IMG/VR virus record: IMGVR_UViG_3300030329_003992
Length of the DNA: 64,000 nt
Source of the DNA: an uncultured virus (IMG/VR IMGVR_UViG_3300030329_003992)
Lineage: Duplodnaviria > Heunggongvirae > Uroviricota > Caudoviricetes
Strand: one strand, 5' to 3'
Within the stretch, counting starts at the first letter, position 1; every line of letters starts with the position of its first letter. Made by a program: the position numbers and the translations under genes. Below the pieces are notes generated by a model. The model was not told the origin of the DNA. It searched no databases and saw nothing but the letters and a program-made list of their open reading frames with translations. Shown piece by piece: positions 60,144 to 64,000 of this stretch.

Positions 60144-60427
60144 TGTCCTACTCAAGATGGTTATATTCTGACTTCTATACATATTGGTGCAGTTCCAAGG
60201 CCACTGATATTAATGAAGAATTATTTGCACTCCACGAAAAACTTGACAATCAGATCATGATAAGGTATGATGATGCATGTAGGATGGTTGAAGACAAAGA
60301 GTTCTTCATGGACTATCTTCAAGAGATAATTCGCGATGAGGCGGATTATCATGAATTGGTTTCATATTTAATACGATGGACGCAAGATGTCAAAGAACAT
60401 TATGAAAAGAAAGAAGGAAACACCTGA
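60143..60427 (+). CDS. Hypothetical protein
   Basis: GGAGG RBS; TGATG-coupled. Confidence 0.65.
   Translation: MSYSRWLYSDFYTYWCSSKATDINEELFALHEKLDNQIMIRYDDACRMVEDKEFFMDYLQEIIRDEADYHELVSYLIRWTQDVKEHYEKKEGNT
60243..60271 (+). promoter_or_regulatory. Sigma70-type promoter inside a CDS
   Basis: AAAAAC then TTGACA 60243-60248, 17 bp, TATGAT 60266-60271. Confidence 0.6.
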
Positions 60428-60908
60428 ACAAGTAGCAGAACGCATGGCTAAGTTGAGAGCCAAACGCAAACCCGCTCAATATAAGAACATCCACCCAACT
60501 GTTCTCGCACTCCCAGATGATCATAACTATTCTTTTAAAAATATAAAAGAATGGATTAAAGAATCAAAAGAATTAGTTTCTGCATATAATAAGACTGCAA
60601 GAAGTCGTGGTTTGACTCCACAAGAGAAACAAAAAGCATCCAATGCAGCAGATAATAAAAAAGCATATATTAGGTATATGGAACATTATCTGAAGCATGG
60701 TGATTGGATTAGTGAGTATTCTGGTAAGAATGAGGAACATAGAGTGATTCCAAGGTGTGTTGCTATGGCGTATGATTCCAATGGTAATCCAAAAAGAACA
60801 GTAGGTGTTTACTATCCAGACATTCATGCGGTATGGACAAAGGAATTAGAAAAACATCCTATACAAAGCGATATTGCGATAACTGATAAACAATTTACAT
60901 CAAAATGA
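60387..60908 (+). CDS. Conserved basic phage protein upstream of RNase H
   Basis: ERMAKLRAKR, IHPTVLALPDD, YLKHGDW; start 60387 or 60402. Confidence 0.65.
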   Translation: MSKNIMKRKKETPEQVAERMAKLRAKRKPAQYKNIHPTVLALPDDHNYSFKNIKEWIKESKELVSAYNKTARSRGLTPQEKQKASNAADNKKAYIRYMEHYLKHGDWISEYSGKNEEHRVIPRCVAMAYDSNGNPKRTVGVYYPDIHAVWTKELEKHPIQSDIAITDKQFTSK

Positions 60909-61801
60909 TTTTAGTTGATTATAGTCAGGTTTTTATTGGCGCATTTATGCAAGTAGTTAAGAACTACAAACCTGATGAAGACTTAGTGCGTCACATAGTA
61001 TTGAATACTATCAGAAACTATAAAAAACAATATAAAGATTATGGTGACATAGTTTTATGTTGTGATAGTTACAATACTTGGAGAAAACAATTCTTCCCAC
61101 AATACAAAGCTCCTAGAAAGATGAAGCGGGCTAAGGATGAAGAAAACTATGTATCTGGTGATTCTACATTCTCTTGGGAAGATTTATTCACTTCACTAAA
61201 TAAGGTCAGGGATGAGATAAAGAATCATTTACCTTACACAGTGATGCATATTGAAGAATGCGAAGCTGATGATATTATCGCAATCCTTTCTAAATATCTT
61301 CAAACTGAAGAAACTATACCAGCTGGTATGAATGGTATGTTTGAAGAAAAACAAAATGTAATGATTATCTCTAGTGATAAAGATTTTATTCAGTTACAAC
61401 AATATGACAATGTGAAACAATTTTCACCCATCGCTAAAAAGTTTATTACAGATAAAGATCCTAAATCATATCTAGATGAACATATATTAAGAGGCGATAA
61501 GAGTGATGGTATTCCAAATATTTTGAGTGATGATAATGTATTTGTTGAAGAACGCAGACAGATACCACTCACTAAAAAGAAAATTGCTGAATTGGATATG
61601 GATAACTTGTCAGAAAGTAATAACTACAGATATTCAAGAAACAAAACATTAATTGATCTATCATGCATTCCAGAGAGAATTGAAGAAAAAATTCTTACAG
61701 AATGGAAAGAGACAGATCAATGTAATTCTAAAAAAGATATGTTAAATTATTTTATGAAACATAGACTTAAAAACTTAATGGAAGTAATAGAGGAATTTTA
61801 A
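60905..61801 (+). CDS. rnh: T4-type RNase H (5'-3' exonuclease)
   Basis: ILVD, WRK.FP.YKA.R, EADDII, SSDKDFIQL, GDKSDGIPN, RNKTLIDL. Confidence 0.95.
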   Translation: MILVDYSQVFIGAFMQVVKNYKPDEDLVRHIVLNTIRNYKKQYKDYGDIVLCCDSYNTWRKQFFPQYKAPRKMKRAKDEENYVSGDSTFSWEDLFTSLNKVRDEIKNHLPYTVMHIEECEADDIIAILSKYLQTEETIPAGMNGMFEEKQNVMIISSDKDFIQLQQYDNVKQFSPIAKKFITDKDPKSYLDEHILRGDKSDGIPNILSDDNVFVEERRQIPLTKKKIAELDMDNLSESNNYRYSRNKTLIDLSCIPERIEEKILTEWKETDQCNSKKDMLNYFMKHRLKNLMEVIEEF

Positions 61802-61802
61802 T

Positions 61803-62285
61803 ATGGCAGATAGTATACCACATTTATTTCAATCTATCCAAGTCGCACCTAAAAAACACAAGGTAGATTTACTTAGAAGATTGAATGAACATTGTAAAGA
61901 AATTTTACATCACGCATTTCATCCTAATATAAAATTTCTTTTACCAGAAGGAACCCCGCCTTATGTTTTTAGGGGTACTCCGGAGGCTTTCCCGACATCT
62001 CTGTATCCTGAAGTTAGAACCTTTTATATATTCTGTGAAGGAGGTGGTGCTAACGTAAATCAGATCCGTAGAGAGGCAATTTTTATTCAATTGCTTGAAA
62101 AGATTCATCCTGACGAGGCAAAGGTCGTGATTGCCATGAAGGATAAAAAATTCAATGAACTTTATGATACCATCACGTATGATGTTGTTAGGGAAGCCTT
62201 TCCAGATATGTTGCCAGAGCGAGAGGTTAAGAAGAAGTCACCTGGAAAAAAGTCTGGTGGAAAAGGGCGGCAGCAAAAAACTTGA
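61803..62285 (+). CDS. Conserved T4-like protein following rnh
   Basis: LPEGTPPY, RREAIFIQLLEKIHPDEA, KDKK, VVREAFP. Confidence 0.75.
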   Translation: MADSIPHLFQSIQVAPKKHKVDLLRRLNEHCKEILHHAFHPNIKFLLPEGTPPYVFRGTPEAFPTSLYPEVRTFYIFCEGGGANVNQIRREAIFIQLLEKIHPDEAKVVIAMKDKKFNELYDTITYDVVREAFPDMLPEREVKKKSPGKKSGGKGRQQKT

Positions 62286-62310
62286 CATTTGCGATGCTTC
62301 TTGATATACT
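62282..62310 (+). promoter_or_regulatory. Strong sigma70-type promoter
   Basis: A-tract, TTGACA 62282-62287, 17 bp, TGn-TATACT 62305-62310. Confidence 0.85.
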
Positions 62311-62325
62311 AGGTTTGTACAGTGA

Positions 62326-62352
62326 TGAGAGTCCTCATGTAGAGGGCCCTCA
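62326..62352 (+). promoter_or_regulatory. GC-rich 5' leader stem-loop
   Basis: TGAGAGTCCTC-ATGTA-GAGGGCCCTCA; 10 of 11 positions pair, including one G-U. Confidence 0.5.
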
Positions 62353-62385
62353 ATGGCAAATTCAACCTTTCAAGAGAGATCAATA

Positions 62386-63216
62386 ATGAGAAAGATAATC
62401 CTTGCCCTATTGTTTAGTCTGGTAGTTACTCCTGTTTTTGGTAAGATCATCACCATGAATGGTGTGAAATATGAGGTTGTAAATCAACCTAATGGTGAAA
62501 TGTTATTTAAACCAGTTGACAGAAAACAAGGACCAAAGGTTACAAAACTTAAGCCACTTGGTTCAGTTTTAAATAGAGAACCAGTTAAGTCTGAAGTCAT
62601 AGAAAAGACTGAGACTGAAGCGGTTTATACTGAAGATATTTGTGATGATCCAATGGGTTGTCCACAAGATATAAAAACTGGTGATTGTCCAACTTGTAAA
62701 AAAGTTGCGGTGTATGAGAAGAAAGAAATACATAAAGTTCCTACCAATGAAAAGATAGAACATAAAATAATAAAGAATGTTGATTCATTTTATTTTCCAG
62801 AAGGAAAGTATGAATTGATTGAAAAGAAATCATATTATGATGGAAGACTATCACAACATTTAGTTTTTTATGGTGGATTAATGTTCGATTATAATAAAGT
62901 AAAACACAATAGTTACATTTGGACTGTTGAAGGTGGATCTCTTTATGTTGACCACGTTAATCATCCTAATGATAGCAAATCTTTTGCTTGTCCAATTCCA
63001 ACTACATTTTATACTACTGTAAAAGATGACGGGGAAGTTGTCAGCAACAAAGTACTTGAACAAGGAACTTGTGGTGGAATTAAAAGTTTATCATCAAGTT
63101 ATAAGTTTGATGGTGTTTATTTGACAAAAGTAAAGTTACTTGATCCTGGATGTGTTGCTGGTTGCAGTGTTGTAAAAAGAACAACTGAGGTTTTTGTTTA
63201 TGAATTTAAGGGATAA
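62386..63216 (+). CDS. Exported protein with signal peptide and Cys clusters
   Basis: MRKIILALLFSLVVTPVFG signal-like start at ATG 62386; CDDPMGC...CPTC and CVAGC. Confidence 0.7.
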   Translation: MRKIILALLFSLVVTPVFGKIITMNGVKYEVVNQPNGEMLFKPVDRKQGPKVTKLKPLGSVLNREPVKSEVIEKTETEAVYTEDICDDPMGCPQDIKTGDCPTCKKVAVYEKKEIHKVPTNEKIEHKIIKNVDSFYFPEGKYELIEKKSYYDGRLSQHLVFYGGLMFDYNKVKHNSYIWTVEGGSLYVDHVNHPNDSKSFACPIPTTFYTTVKDDGEVVSNKVLEQGTCGGIKSLSSSYKFDGVYLTKVKLLDPGCVAGCSVVKRTTEVFVYEFKG

Positions 63217-63291
63217 GGCCTGGTAGTTAAATGGATATAACAGGAGCCTTCTAAGCTCTCATTCTAGGTTCGATTCCTAGTCAGGCTACCA
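63217..63291 (+). tRNA. tRNA-Arg (anticodon UCU)
   Basis: Acceptor GGCCTGG/TCAGGCT; D arm GTTA/TAAC; anticodon arm GGAGC-CTTCTAA-GCTCT; T arm CTAGG-TTCGATT-CCTAG; encoded CCA 63289-63291. Confidence 0.95.
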
Positions 63292-63337
63292 TATCAACCT
63301 AAATATATGTAAGATCAATTACTTACTAAGGACTAAA

Positions 63338-63766
63338 ATGTGTAGGTTATTTTTGATAATGATTCCTTTGATGATATTTGTAGGATGTACACAAAAGGCA
63401 GAAGAAATTAAACCAAAGGATAATGTAGCAGTAACATTACCTCAAAAACAATTTAGTTGGCCAGAAGAAAGAAAAAACTTTTGGATATCACTATACTTTT
63501 CTAAAATGTCATGGCAACCAGATGTAAGACAAAGAATGTTGCCAGAAACACTTTTTGAAGTTTGTACTTGTATTATAGAGACATTTGAAAGAAGATATGA
63601 ATTAGAACATTTTGAGAAAGTTTTGAACTCTAATACTCCAACTGAAGCAGCACAACAAGAAGTGTGGCAAGTATCATATAATTGTAGTGTGCAAGGTATT
63701 ATGGAACAAAATAAAAGATTACAACAACAAAAAATAGAAAACCCAGACGCAAAGGACATGCTATGA
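63338..63766 (+). CDS. Predicted lipoprotein
   Basis: AAGGA RBS; hydrophobic leader with lipobox-like FVGC; CTC...C motif. Confidence 0.65.
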   Translation: MCRLFLIMIPLMIFVGCTQKAEEIKPKDNVAVTLPQKQFSWPEERKNFWISLYFSKMSWQPDVRQRMLPETLFEVCTCIIETFERRYELEHFEKVLNSNTPTEAAQQEVWQVSYNCSVQGIMEQNKRLQQQKIENPDAKDML

Positions 63767-63987
63767 TTTCAGTGAAAGTTTATGACAATAACACTAATAA
63801 AGCAATTTCAAAACTAAAGAATTTATTAGTAAATGAAGGACTCTTTAAAGAATTAAAAGATAGGAGACACTATACAAAACCATCTCTAAAGAAAAAATTG
63901 AAACGTGAAGAAGCAGAAAGACAGAGACAAAGAGACTTTAAAAAAGAGTTGAAAGCTCTGCAAAGAGATGAAATGATGTTTCAATGA
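63763..63987 (+). CDS. rpsU: Phage-encoded ribosomal protein bS21
   Basis: V.V..NN..KA...LK.....EG...ELK.RRHY.KPS..K..K...A pattern; 74 aa, basic. Confidence 0.88.
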   Translation: MISVKVYDNNTNKAISKLKNLLVNEGLFKELKDRRHYTKPSLKKKLKREEAERQRQRDFKKELKALQRDEMMFQ

Positions 63988-64000
63988 TCTCATTAATTAG

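Noticed and set aside
1..64000. Stop-codon reassignment or a cellular/prophage origin
   Set aside because: Genes tile densely under the standard code with TAA, TAG and TGA all used as stops; content is T4-like with no integrase or host housekeeping block
1..64000. Assignment as a cyanophage or to any specific host
   Set aside because: No photosynthesis or other host-diagnostic genes here; class II RNR and bS21 do not fix the host without phylogeny

Overview
AT-rich segment of a large T4-like (myovirus-type) bacteriophage genome. Essentially all genes are on the + strand and tightly packed, many with ATGA/TAATG stop-start overlaps and AGGAG-type RBSs. Layout: (1) 1-3.8 kb small conserved T4-like virion/hypothetical genes; (2) 3.9-15.5 kb DNA primase, DenV-like and Mom-like proteins, ThyX and class II RNR, interleaved with glycosyl- and methyltransferases; (3) 15.5-36.2 kb a very large repeat-rich tail-fibre module; (4) 36.2-40.4 kb Cys-rich fibre-like proteins, including one with a strict (Cys-X) tract of 27 Cys, mostly Cys-Lys, fused directly to a peptidase S74 autocleaving chaperone; (5) 40.4-57.5 kb about 20 tailoring-type ORFs (two radical SAM, three Trp-halogenase-like, about ten 2OG-Fe(II)-like with several catalytically degenerate, a GT9-like protein, a methyltransferase); (6) 57.7-64 kb RuvC-like nuclease, GT4, T4 RNase H, a secreted protein, tRNA-Arg(UCU), a lipoprotein and ribosomal protein bS21. 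Best candidate for an undescribed system: a RiPP-like, phage-encoded post-translational modification pathway acting on Cys-repeat tail-fibre tips (35.4-57.5 kb). Also notable is a 12-bp stem that should hide the primase RBS only in read-through transcripts. All family calls come from motif reading by eye; no searches were run.
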